Assembly (NCBI GenBank): GCA_024679065.1
Contig: JAGIQG010000007.1
Location: forward strand, 82,584,001-82,648,000
Source of the DNA: Sphyrna mokarran
Lineage: Eukaryota
Reading direction: 5' to 3'
DNA: 64,000 bases
Shown: positions 37,874 through 50,474 of the stretch, piece by piece
How the letters are laid out: each line of letters starts with the position of its first letter
Position numbering within the stretch: the first letter of the stretch is position 1
The notes under the pieces: model-generated
Told to the model about the DNA's origin: nothing
The model's input: only the letters and a program-made list of their open reading frames with translations
Databases searched by the model: none
Made by a program: the position numbers and the translations under genes

Positions 37874-38147
37874 TGCAGCACAGTGGCACAGCGGTTAGCA
37901 CTACCGCCTCACAGCGCCAGGAACCCGGGTTCAATTTTGGCCTGGGGTCACTGTGTGGAGTTTGCACATTCTCCCCGTGTCTGCGTGGGTTTCCTACCAC
38001 AGTCTGAAAAACGTACTAGTGAGGTGCATTGGAAATTCTCCCTCCGTGTATCCGAACAGGTGCCGGAGTGTGGCGAATGAGGAATTTCACAATAACTTCA
38101 TTGCAGTGTTAATGTAACGCTACTTGTGACTAATAAATAAATAAACT
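37874..38147 (+). mobile_element. tRNA-derived V-SINE (HE1-like body)
   Basis: gcagcacagtggcacagcggttagcactaccgcctcacagcgccaggaacccgggttcaatt (A/B boxes), V domain ggagtttgcacattctccccgtgtctgcgtgggtttcct, and (TAAA)n tail. Confidence 0.88.
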
Positions 38148-38335
38148 TTATGGAACAGTTGCGACAGTTAGTGCAGAGCTGTGATAAACAGGGACCCTGC
38201 GTTTCGTCTCTGAGCGTTCCGCCATTTCATGAAGGATCTTCAGATAAAATGAACTCTCTCCGAATTGACTGCATTCGCAGTAGAGAAACTGGAGGCACCG
38301 AGTGAGGTCTGAGCAGAATTCTGCAACTGATGCCA

Positions 38336-38354
38336 TAGCCACCAGATGGCACCA
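38336..38354 (+). promoter_or_regulatory. Candidate CTCF site TAGCCACCAGATGGCACCA
   Basis: Close match to the CTCF core CCACCAG(G/A)(G/T)GGC(A/G), in non-repetitive sequence 3.7 kb upstream of the last V. Confidence 0.55.
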
Positions 38355-38387
38355 CATGTTTGCGATGGATCTTTCTCAGACACAGCA

Positions 38388-40600
38388 CCAGATACACACA
38401 CACACACATAGATAAACACACACATATATACACACAGATGTACAAACACAGATACGTAAACACAGATATATATATATAGATAGATAGATAGATAGGTATA
38501 TACACACAGGTACACACATATATAGATATATATATACATACACAGAAACTAAAATAGAAAATGCTGGAAAATCTCAGCGGGTCTGGCAGCAACTGTAACG
38601 AAAGAGCTGAGGTTTCGAGTTCCAGAGTCCAGCAGCGGCAGTAATTTGTTTTTATTTTATTCACACAGATATACACATAGACTATATACGCATAAATTAT
38701 ATAGAAGATACACAAACACACAAATATATATACACACAGATATACACAAAATATATGCACACACAGATATACTCATAGATTATATATACGGATACACGCA
38801 TACAGATGTACACACGCACACAGATATACATAGAACATAGAACATTACAGCACAGAACAGGCCCTTCGGCCTTTGATGTTGCGCCGACCAATATAAAAAG
38901 CAATGCCCCTCCAAACTACACCATTCCCTTCTCTTCCATATACTTATCAACTAACCTCTTAAACGCCACCAAACTTGGCGCATCTACAACTGCTGCAGGC
39001 AGGGCATTCCACTCCCGAACCACCCTCTGGGTAAAGAACCTGCCTCTGATATCCGTCCTATACCTATCACCCCTTAATTTAAAGCTGTGTCCCCTCGTGC
39101 TAGCTTTCTCCATCCTAGGAAAAGGCTATCACTGTCCACCCTATCTAAACCTCTAATCATCTTATATGTTTCGATAAGGTCCCCTCTTAGCTGCCTCCTT
39201 TCTAACGAAAACAACCTCAAATCCCTCAGCCTCTTTTCATAAGACCTGCCCTCCATACCAGGCAACATCCTGGTAAACCTCCTCTGTACCCTCTCCAATG
39301 CCTCCATATCTTTCTTTTAATGTGGGGACCAGAACTGCACACAATACTACAAGTGCGGCCGCACTAGAGTTTTGTACAGTTGCAACATGACGTTGCGGCT
39401 CCGAAATTCAATCCCCCTACCAATAAAAGCTAAGACACCATATGCCTTCTTAACACCTTATCGACTTGATTGCCAACTTTCAGGGATCTATGCACATATA
39501 CACCAAGATCCCTCTGTTCTTCAACACTATTAAGAGTCCTACCATTAGCCCTATAATCTACACATTTGTTATTCCTGCCAAAGTGAATTACCTCACACTT
39601 TTCCACATTAAACTCCATTTGCCACCTCTCGGCCCAGCTCTGCAACTTGTCCAAGTCTCTCTGCAAACTATAACACCCCTCTTCCTATCTACCACTCCAC
39701 CGACTTTAGTGTCATCTGCAAATTTACTAATCCATCCTTCAATACCCTCATCCAGATCATTTATAAAAATTACAAACAGCAGGGGCCCCAAAACAGACCC
39801 CTGAGGGTACACCACTTGTCACCGAACTCCACGATGAATATCTCCCATCAACCACCACCCTCTGTCTTCTATCTGCTAGCCAATTCCTAATCCAATTAGC
39901 TAAATCACCTCTATCCCATACATCTGCATTTTCTGCAGAAGCCTTCCATGGGCCACCTTATCGAACGCCTTACTAAAGTCCATATATACCACATCAACTG
40001 CCTTACCCCCATCCACCTCTTTGGTTACTTTTTCAAAAAACTCAATAAGGTTAGTAAGGCACGACCTACCCTTCACAAAACCATGCTGACTATCCCCAAT
40101 CAATTCATTTCTCTCTAAATAACTATAATCCTATCCCTAATAATTCTCTCCAATACTTTGCCCACAACAGAAGTAAGACTCACTGGCCTATAATTCCCTG
40201 GAAGGTCTCTCTTCCCCTTCTTGAACAACGGGACCACATTCGCTATCCTCCAGTCCTCCGGAACCACACCCGTAACCAACGACGACCTGAAGATCAGAGC
40301 CAGATGCTCTGCAATCGCCTCTCTTGCCTCCCAGAGAATCCTAGGGTAAATCCCGTCCGGCCCAGGGGACTTATCCAACTTCAAACCCTCAAGAATATCT
40401 AGCACATCCTCCCTATCTACTTCAATACTTTCCAGTTTGCAACCCTGTACCTCAGGGGTACCTGTACCCCTGTACATACACACAATATGTACACAGATGC
40501 ACACACACATCTACACACAGATGCACATACATTATATACAGAGAGCACATAGACACAGATAGTGCACACATATGTATCAGATATGTGCCTGCATATGTGT
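38388..40600 (-). mobile_element. Well-preserved 5'-truncated CR1 (about 38830-40460) embedded in AC/AT/AGAT low-complexity microsatellite
   Basis: [46 protein letters not shown] and KFADDTK; microsatellite on both flanks. Confidence 0.92.
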
Positions 40601-40899
40601 GCCCACCCCAGGGAAGACCAGAAATCTTGAATTATCAATAAAGGCATTACCCGTCCTCTAATTGCAGAGGAGCCAAACATAGGGTCCAAGACCCACCTCT
40701 AGGTGCCCCTTAGAGTGAGCAGACCCCAGCATAAGTACTGCAGGAAAGTGTTTGAGGCCCCTCCATCTCCATCCCTGCATGATTTGCACAATTATCAAAT
40801 CACAAACCCTCCCAGGCAGCCCTGAAAGTCTTCCGTTGACAAAGAAAGGAAGGACCAGTATTACACAACCTTTTATTTATGCTTTCAAAAAAAAGAGAA

Positions 40900-41105
40900 A
40901 AAGAGACTTAAGTAGATGCAGCGTTTAGCATTTTGAAGTGTACATTTTGAAGTGTAGTCTCTGTTGGTAGGAAATGAAGCAGCAAATTTGCACACAGCAA
41001 ACTCCCACAAGCACTAATGTGATCATTAGCAGATGATCTGTTCTTGGGATGTTAATAGAGGTTAAATATTGACCCAGGGACCAGTGAAAACTTCTCTTTA
41101 TGCCT
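40900..41105 (-). mobile_element. Deu-domain SINE 3' fragment
   Basis: Reverse complement of the element at 56.3-56.6 kb (gcagcaaatttgcacacagcaaactcccacaa). Confidence 0.6.
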
Positions 41106-41302
41106 GAAGAAGAAGTAACACCTGGCACAGGTCACAGCAAAATCAGTCCAAGGAATTGCTGGCCAATAAATTACTAAGAATCATCAAATAACTGTACCGT
41201 TCAAGTGAGTGCTTGATACAACAATCACACACTCAATACAGTGTGTGACTAGAGTCATATGAAAACCATGCCAGATAAGGGTGAAGAGCTCCCCTATTTG
41301 AA

Positions 41303-42066
41303 GGGCAAAAATTTTCCCATTTAAATGTCCCCTGGGCATTGGCACCCTGGCAGTGCTGGCCTGTGCTTCCTGGCACTGCATAAGGGGCAAGGTGCCCATG
41401 CCCAGGGGGCACCTTGGTACTTCCTATCAGGCATGAGGCAGTGCTAAAGGCACAGAGCTTGTAGGCTGATTGGGCAGAGACTGGGGGCAGTGAGGGTCCC
41501 ACTGCCCCAGTGCATAGGCCAACAGCGTGGAGGAAAGTGGGGGGCAGCAATCAGGATTGTTGAGGAGTTGGCACAGGAAAGGGGGGGTTTCAGAACTGCA
41601 TGGGAGTGAGGACTTCTGGCAACTTTGAGGATTCTGGAGATTGGGAATTGGGGGGGTGGTCTGGAGATCAGAGCAGCCAGGGGACGAGGATGTTCAGGGC
41701 TGGATTCGGATATGGTCAAGGGTCCAGCGATCGGGCCATGGGGGCGCAGAGAGCTGACGCTGCAGGTATCATGGGGCTGGCCAGTGATCGAGCTGGCTGC
41801 AATCAGGATGGGGTCAGTGTGCATGTGCCGATCTCAGCACTGACAGACCAGTGAATGCGCAATGGCCCCGCTCAACGTGCTGGTTTCAGCCTCTCCAGTG
41901 GGAATAGGCCCCACACTCTGAAATGTAATGATATTCACAATGGTGGCCTCTGCAGTGCACAGGGTGTGGGAGATTCTTCTCTGAATTCCACTGAGAAGAC
42001 CGGCATGAATTACTTCAATTTTCACATGAATTTGATACTTAGAATTTTTGGGGGAGAATTCTGCCC
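41303..42066. mobile_element. GC-rich non-autonomous DNA transposon, PIF/Harbinger-like, with short imperfect TIRs
   Basis: gggcaaaaattttccc ... gggagaattctgccc bracket an abrupt GC-rich block. TSD not resolved. Confidence 0.55.
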
Positions 42067-45000
42067 ATTGATATTTTAAATGAAATTTCTGTCAAAGCAG
42101 AAATTTGAATGGTTATGAAATAGAACAGTACAGCACAGACCCGCCCTCTGTCAATTTGCACCACTTCAATTCCATTTATCCCTTATGAGTAATGTATCTA
42201 TCCAACCACATTTTTAGCTTCATCTCCTGAATTTAACATTTATAATGAAAGTTTTCACTTAGTAGAATTATAATTATATGCAAAAGAGTGAAACATTGAT
42301 AAGATAACAAATTAGTGGAGTTATCTGGAAAAATACTTCCAAGTAAGGAAGACAAATGTTATTGATAAAAGCCAAACTGATTAATATTTACTATGGGGTT
42401 GTATCTCAACTTTCAGGTATTCAAATAATCTAGGAACATTTAGTTTTGAGAATAAGAAAGTATAAAGTGGTTGTTGGAATAGATCTTTAGGATTTGCATA
42501 GGTCTGATCAACCCCTATACCGGACTCAGAATTATAACAGACTGAGTCTCTCATTGAACCCATAATCCCCAATCTAAGTTCTGCGTTAGGCATTTGTTGA
42601 ATTTTATTTTTGTTGTTGTTTCTCTTCATGTGCCTAATGGTCACAAGGCAGATTTTCATCTGTTTCGAGTTTTACTTGGGACAGATAACTAGCCTGTCAC
42701 CAGAGGTTTAAAATGCCACTCCACACCAAGCATGGCTGACCAGGAGTCACTCCCACTCTTGCTCTGAGAAAGAATCATTCATACTCAAAATGTTGGCCAT
42801 ATTCTCTCTCCACAGATGCTGTCAGACCTGCTAAGATTTTCCAGCATTTTCGGTTTTTGTTTCAGATTCCAGCATCCGCAGTGTTTTGCCTTTAGCATTT
42901 TCATTCTTACTGCCTGCCATTAATGTGTTAGAAGGATCTTGTGGGTTGATACTATTTTGGTCATGTTATGAACACAGCTTCCTTAACTGTCAAGTCCTGT
43001 GGTGGGAATTGAACCTGGAGCTTCTGGCTCTGAGGTGGGACACTACCACTGTTTCACTAGACCTTCATCTATTCTATGTATTGTTACCAAACAAAGCTGC
43101 TGCCCTTGTTTTTCAATAGAATGAGAATCTTATTGCTTTGAAGGGTAAATTACAAAATAAGAATAAGTTTAACAACAAGACAGGCCCATGTACAAAATGG
43201 AAGGAAAGCTTGACTCTCATGTTAAGATTATAAATATTCAATTCTGTATCTTGAACTGGTATAAATTTTGTGCATCCCTTTTAAAGGAAGAATATCAAAT
43301 AAATGGGAGAGTTATGTCATAAGCTCCTGGGGATATTAGGACGGGTGAGGGATTACTGTTATGATGACAGACTTGAGTAGTTGGGATGTTTTGAAGCAAA
43401 TTAGAGTTTAGCAGGTTAGAGGGTGAAATGTTGCAATCCTTGGTAGTGAAAAGTAAATATTCTCTATTGGATTGGGAGATATTAACAAAAGAACACACAT
43501 TTATGATAATCATACACAATTAAAAAAGAGAACATGTATATTTCTTTACACAGGGAGTGATGACAATGGAGAATTCACTACCATAAACAAGTCTATAAAT
43601 TATCTAAAAGGGAATTTTATCACTGCTTGGAAAAATAGGTTATTAACTGTTACAATGAGCAACAAATAGGATGGCATTAAATTTGATGATCCAGATATAA
43701 TGGGCTAGATGGTCTGTTTCTGTGCTGGAACATTCCAAAAACAGACAGGCCCAATTTGGGTTTAACAAATCCCTCAGCAGCTGAGTAACTTTGGACGTTG
43801 AGTTGAAAACCACTTTCCTCTGAATGAGGTGAGTTAAGCTGTCTGAAATTGTTACTGTCGTGATTAGATGGGTTGAGGAAATGCTCAGGTTGTATATTTA
43901 AGACTAATTCCAATACATTGAACCTGAAAATCTAATCCTCAGCACCAATTTGCACTCAGAATTGTCTCAACCTCAAGTATTTCGAGAGGACAAACTGCAA
44001 AGTAGGCAAAGTGTGACTTAGAAATGGAGAGATGAGTCTTAGGGAGACTTTTAAACCAGTTTAAAAAAATGTGGTTTGGAAGAAAATCTCACAGGGTAAG
44101 AGGGAAGTCCAAGAAGTGCAACTTGCAAACTGGCCCAATGTTCCTTCAACGAAAAGGCGAATGGATTTACCCAGTGAATCTTTGAAGGAAGATAATCAGA
44201 AATGAGGAACAAAATGGTCAGTACAGATAAATTCTCACTGAGATCTCTTGGGATGTGGTTTGTATTCGTAAATAGACGTAAAGAAGATGTCCAGCTTGTT
44301 GGAAATGGGATGAGAAAGACATCAAAACTACAATCTATGCATATGCTAAATTTAATCAAGAATTCCAAAGAAATTGGGGAATGTGGAACTCACTACCACA
44401 GGGAATGGTTGAGAAAGTTAAATAAACACATGAAGGCAAAAAAAAGAAGAAAAAACTGATGGGATGCGACAAAAAAGGGGTGGGGAGAGTAATTTGGGAG
44501 ATAAACACTAATATAGACCAATGCGGCAGAATGACTTATTTCTGCTGTAGATTGTTTGTATTCTTTTACATGGTGTGGATGATGCCAGTAAAGCTGGCAT
44601 TATTATCCATTCCTTACTGCCTTAGAGAAATTATGCCAAGCCACCTTCTTGTACACTTAAGTGACTTTGTTCAGAATCAACCACATTGCCATGGAGTTGG
44701 TACCACATATAATTTGGGTAAGGACAGCAGAATTCCCTTTCTAAAGATCACTAATAAATTGAATTGTTTTTAAAGACAATCTGATATTTTTATGGTTGCC
44801 ATTACTAATCCTAACTTTTTATTCCAGATTTATAGAATTTAAATTCCCCCTGCTGCCAAGGTTAGATTTGAACTGAACCCTACCTCTGGATTATGGTACA
44901 GTAACATAATCACCATGTTACCATACTCAATGTAATTTCATGTAAGACTCACGCACAGAACTCCTTGGGGAATGGTGAGGACACAGCAGTGATTGTACAC

Positions 45001-45624
45001 AGAGTCCTGAGCAAAATGTGGTTCCTGAAAAGCAATGAGAGCAGAATATAGTTTATAACCACTTCAGGCTCCAGACCCCACTTCTGCCTGTCTCTGCCCA
45101 GTTAGCTGCAGACTTCGGTTGAGAGACTACCAACTTGTATTTCCCTGCCTGTCTGAATGAACAGACTGCAGGTACTTGGGAGAATGAAGCCCAGGATTGT
45201 TTCAAAGCTTGTTTAAAAGTTTAAATTTTTCATTTACCTTTGCCCTAATTATGTTAAAAAATGTAACAGATTGGTTGCGTTTTCCAGATGTTCCCAGTTT
45301 TTGTTTTCAGAGTTTTCATATTTTCAGAGAAAATATGAGCCAAGGAAAATTTTATAATGAAGATAATTTTTTTAGAGAAACATTTTTGGCAGAAGGTATT
45401 CGGGATGATAAGTGAATGTGGCAGCATCCATCCAAAAAATGGAAACAAATTTATTTCTGAAAAGAACCATCTCTGTCTGTGCAATATCCCTAGGAACACC
45501 AAACAGGGCAGCATCAAAATGAAATGTGGGATTTGTTGCAGATTTTCCATAGTCTCATTCTAGTGAAGTAGGTAACAGTTTTTAATCAGATTCAGAATGC
45601 TGTTGTTTTAAGACTCACTGAAGA

Positions 45625-45945
45625 TTTCATGGCTAACTTTTCAGTGCATTACTGAGGGAATGCTGTACTGTTGCAGATGCCCCTTTACAGATGAGATAGT
45701 ATCTGTTGTCTTACAGACATACAAAATATCCCATGGCACTTTTTAATTAGGAGCAAAAATTTCCCCCTGGTTTCTTGCCCAATATTTGTCCCTGTACCAA
45801 TACCTAAAATAGATTATCTAATCATTTGTTTCATTGTTGTTTTGGGGAGTTTCCCTACATTGCAACAGTGACTACATTTAAATTATTTAATTGACCATAA
45901 AGAACTTTGGGATCTCCTAAGGTTTAACAAGAATGATATAAATTC
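45625..45945 (+). mobile_element. Deu-domain SINE
   Basis: cagtgcattactgagggaatgctgtactg...cccatggcact...cctacattgcaacagtgactaca. Confidence 0.65.
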
Positions 45946-46289
45946 TATGTTCAAAGCAAGCATTAACTTGAACCATCAGCCGGGAGAGACTGTCTCCATG
46001 AGGAATTGTATGAAATAATTTCTAGCCTCACTCAAAAAGTGTAAAAAAAAGTTGAGCTTGAGTTTACTTATTTATTGGAGGAAATAGGCAACAATTCCAC
46101 TATTTTATCTACTTGCTACCGAGGATAGTCACAAATTTCCAAACTGCTGAATAATCACAATCTCATTCCCAATGCTTCCACCTCTCCACTTTAAGTTGCT
46201 GTTGCATGACGTTAAAAAGGAATGAAACCAGAAGGATCATTTATCATTGACTTGACAAAAGAAATGACATCATCAAAACCAACTCAATC

Positions 46290-46930
46290 AACCTTGCAAA
46301 ATACTTCTTCCCAACATCCAGGAGCTTGTGCTGAAGTTGGGATAGCTGTCTCACAGACTAGTCAAGTAACAGCCTGACATAGTCATACTCACAGAATCAT
46401 ACCTTACAGATAATCATCACCATTCCTGTGTGTATCCTATCCCACTAATAGGACAGATCCAGCACAGGTGGCAGCACAGTTCTATATAATCAAGAGGGAG
46501 TTGCGCTGGGAATCCTCAACATTGACTCAGAATATGTCATCAGATCAAACATGGACAAGGGAACCTCCTACTGATTATCATATACCTTCTCCTCCTTCCC
46601 CCACGCACTCAGTTGGTGAATCAGTACTCCTCCATGTTGAACACTACTTGGAGGAAGCATGAGGGTGCAAAGTGATCTAGCAACTCATAAGGCTTGGTTA
46701 AGATTCTGTTTTGGAGGGTTTTGTAATAATTCAATGGACTAAACAGCCTCTTTCTGCACTGTAGCGATTCAGTTGATTGGATGATGTATCAGTACTACTC
46801 CACATTAAAAAACATTGGAAACACTGGGGGTCCTGACAGTATCCTGGTTACTATGTTGAAGAATTGTGCTCCTGGCCAAGGCATTTCAGTGCACCACAAC
46901 TACAATACTGATATCTACCTGGTCAGTGTG
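46290..46930 (+). mobile_element. Highly decayed LINE endonuclease-region fragments
   Basis: cagcctgacatagtcatactcacagaatca encodes QPDIVILTES, an APE-like motif. Confidence 0.45.
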
Positions 46931-48457
46931 TACAATTACTCAGGTAAATCTTGCTCTGTTATGCAACTTAGGTGGATTGGCAATGATCAATTCATGGAGG
47001 GAAATGGGTCTGGATGGGATGATGACCTTTTGGAGAATCAGTGTAGATTTGATGGGTTGGATGGCCTCTTTCTTCATGGGTTCTATGGTTGTATGGTTAT
47101 ATGCCCCCTTGGCTGTGAAATGGGCCTCAGCTTTCTTGCTGTAAATTGTGGACTAGTTTCTGGTGCCGAGGTGTGGACTGGCCTGTCTGCTTCTAAGATG
47201 GGTAACAGTTACATTGTTCCACCTTTTGTTCTTTCAAACTCAAGAGTTGGCTATCTAAAGTTTCAGATTCTTTCCTTTTGTGGAGCTTAACATTTCTATA
47301 GCCCTGAATCGCCCAGTCATTTAAGTAAACTATTTTTGCTTAGGAAACTGAACATTTCGATAGCAGTCATCTAAGTAATCTGTTTCTACTCCTAGATCAA
47401 TTCACACCTAATCATCTTTAGATGCTGTCATGCCTTTAGAAAGCCTTAATCACTTTTAGAGGTGTATCTGCCCCGGGTATATTTGCTGTTACTATCGCTC
47501 GACAGATTTCTACATTTCTGGTCTTTTTAATGTCTTGTTTCCACTGTTGCTAGGAAGTTCACTGACAATAGCTTTATCCTGTAGACATTGTCTTAGAAAT
47601 GTAGGTTTTTCCATTTCTTTTCCATTTCTTAGGGAGGAATCAGAAGATATGGTTCATGACCTCAGTCACTGGGGGTCAATTGTTAATGCTGGGCACACTA
47701 GCTCATAAGCAGCGTGTGTAAAGAAACAAAACAAAAGAAAATGCTGGAAATATTCAACGTTAACTCTGTTTTTCTCCCCACAGATACTACCAAGTCTTCT
47801 GAGTATTTCAAGAATTTTCAGTTTGTATTTCAGATTTCCAAAATCTGCTACATTTTACACTGTAAGGAGACTCAGTTGTCAAGGAGATTGGTTGTAGATC
47901 TGTGAACAAAGGTAAATTGTTATGAATAAAATTCCAATTGGTTCAGAAGGATCAAATCAATCATAAGATAGGAACAAGGCATTTTGTTCATGCAACTTCT
48001 TTTTTCCATTATAATAATAATAACAGCAACTGCAACAGCTCAAGCTTTCTGAGATTTTTGCAAATCTTAGCTCAGGAATGAAAAGAAAGTTAGTAGTTCT
48101 GAAAGGATGTCTATTTTTGTATTTCAACAGATCTAATTTGTTTGATTATCCCTCACACAGATCTAATTCATGTATTTGTATTTTCCCCGGGTTTGGTTTA
48201 TTTAGTTTTGTGTAGTATATATTTACATCTGTAACTCTGCCTTACAAAAACTTTACTCCTTCATATACGCTCACACAGTGTTTAAAATTCAACCAAGTCT
48301 CTGATTGGGCTTCCTGAATAATATTTTAATCTACAGAATTGTGACTCTGTATCTGTTCTCAATCGCCTGACCTAATTTCTCATGTTCTCATAAAAGTTTT
48401 ACTTAGGCAGCTGAACTGAAACCATTCTTTGTTTTTTGGTTCAGCGGAGAAATGGAG

Positions 48458-48773
48458 GGGCAGCATGGTGGCACAACAGACAGCATTCTGCCTCACAGCG
48501 CCAGAGGCCCAGGTTCAATTCTGGCCTCAAGTCACTGTCTGTGTGGAGTTTGCATGTTCTCCCTGTGTCTGCATGGGTTTCCTCCGGGTGTTCTGGTTTC
48601 GTCCCACACTCAAAGATGTACAAGTTAGGTTGATTGGCCATGCAAAATTGCCCCTCAGTGTCAGAGATTGGAAGGGTAAATAAGTGGAGTTACAGGGATA
48701 AAGCCTAGGTGGAATTGTTGTGGTTGTGGGTTCGATGGGCTCAATTGCTTCCTGCTATACTGGGGGGGATTCT
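48458..48773 (+). mobile_element. HE1-like V-SINE with CR1-type 3' tail
   Basis: gggcagcatggtggcac...gtcactgtctgtgtggagtttgcatgttctccc...ggccatgcaaaattgcccc...gattcta. Confidence 0.88.
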
Positions 48774-50474
48774 AGGTGTAGCTTGAAGTCTTGTAAATTT
48801 TAGTAGTTTCAAAGCCAGTGTCACAAGCATGATTCAGGACATTAAAGTGATGAACCTCTGAGTCTGCAGCAATGAGGAAGCTATCACCAGTTGTGAAAAG
48901 TCCCATCAGACTCCAACTGAAATTATAGCACTCAATGAAGCCAATAATTAATGTAAGTGAAGCCTCAATGTTCTGCATGACCAGACCTCCTTCTTTCAAC
49001 TTTCATTTATCCAGATATTTTGGAGTGAAAATCATACCTATAATTTTAGAATGACAATTAGTCAGAAACAATAAATTAAAATGCAGGGGGAGGCTGTTCA
49101 GCCCATCAAAATAACACTGCAATAAAATATTTTCTAAAATATTTTCATGCATATTTCTATTTAAAACAGTGGTGATTATACATTTGTAAATATAATTATA
49201 AATGACACAAGCCTTTAATTCATCGTAATTCATCCTAAATGGAAAGTGAGAAGACTAGCGAGGTCTTTTTTAAACTTTCAGCAGTATATGTTGGGGTTTT
49301 CTTGTTTAATTATACTTCAACTAAAGCATAAAGATAATACAAAATTCAAGGTATTTTAGTGTCATACAGTGGAATAAATTTCATTGCAACAACACTGAAT
49401 GTATAATATAACTGGATATGTGCAGGATACAATCCTACACTTGCTTTATTTAACTTTGATATATTAACTGCCTTTAAAATAAATAGCTTCCCTTCTATAC
49501 TTAATATTTTACTTAAATGCAAGAAATTAGTGATTGAAATTCTGAACAGGGCGACATGCATAATTATTTCAATCTCTTCAATTCATGTTGAAATCTAATC
49601 CATTGCTCACTCTCTTGGAGAACAGAAGAGTATTAACTTAAAATTTAAGTTAATTTAAAATTACAAGGAATGTATGGAAAAGTATATTGGACACATGTTT
49701 TCAGTTGAGATTATATAAAAATTAATGCAAAAATTTTTTTGCTTCAGAACTTAATTCAGAACAAATTGCAACTAAGATATATTTCTTTTTTCCAAAGAGT
49801 CTAATCAACAAATGTGAAGAAATGTTCAGTATATGCCTAACTTATTTGGTGAGTCTTCACTTGGCAATGAACATGGGGTCTAGTTTTCTGAGCACAGAAT
49901 CAGTTAGCAACTGGTACAGATACTATTGGACAGGTACCCTAGTTTCTGGCCACAGTTATTGGAGGAATGTTAGTTTTCTGCCTTCAGATATTGTGGCAAC
50001 ACCACTCTCTCCTGAGTATAAATCTCCAAGCTGGGTGGCTGATTCCAAATCACTGATTCATTGCTTCTCTGGAAAAGCCACTATAACTATCCAAGGGAAT
50101 TTTAAGCTATTATTTGGAATCTTTCAAACTGCATATTTCTTGTTGGGATTATATGAGTCTATCCCATGAAATTTCTAATGTCATAGAAATAAAACTACTC
50201 AGTAACACACAATTCTAGAAGATGACGAAGTTGCCTTCTAACCTCAGGAATGGAATCAACAATGGTCTTATTCATACACGTGTTGGACTGGAACATGTCC
50301 TTTCTGAGTTCATCTGACCACAGGATAGTTCATTTATCTGGAGCTCTCTGAGTTTTGACAGATTTTCTGATAGCACAAAACATTTCTTTTCTTGAAGGAT
50401 TCCCTCAAAAAACTCTTTCCTTTCAGATACTGATTGATGTGCTGTGTATGGAGTTCCCCAGCATGCTTTACCTT

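Noticed and set aside
37874-37945. tRNA gene
   Set aside because: The A/B boxes belong to a SINE head followed by the V domain; no full cloverleaf.
38227-38903. Cys/Val/Tyr/Ile-rich ORFs
   Set aside because: Translations of AC/AT microsatellite.
49822-50169. 115-aa plus-strand ORF and nearby splice-like sites (also 42381-42659, 45240-45456, 56676-56793)
   Set aside because: No recognisable domain and no consistent exon chain; most frames contain stops.
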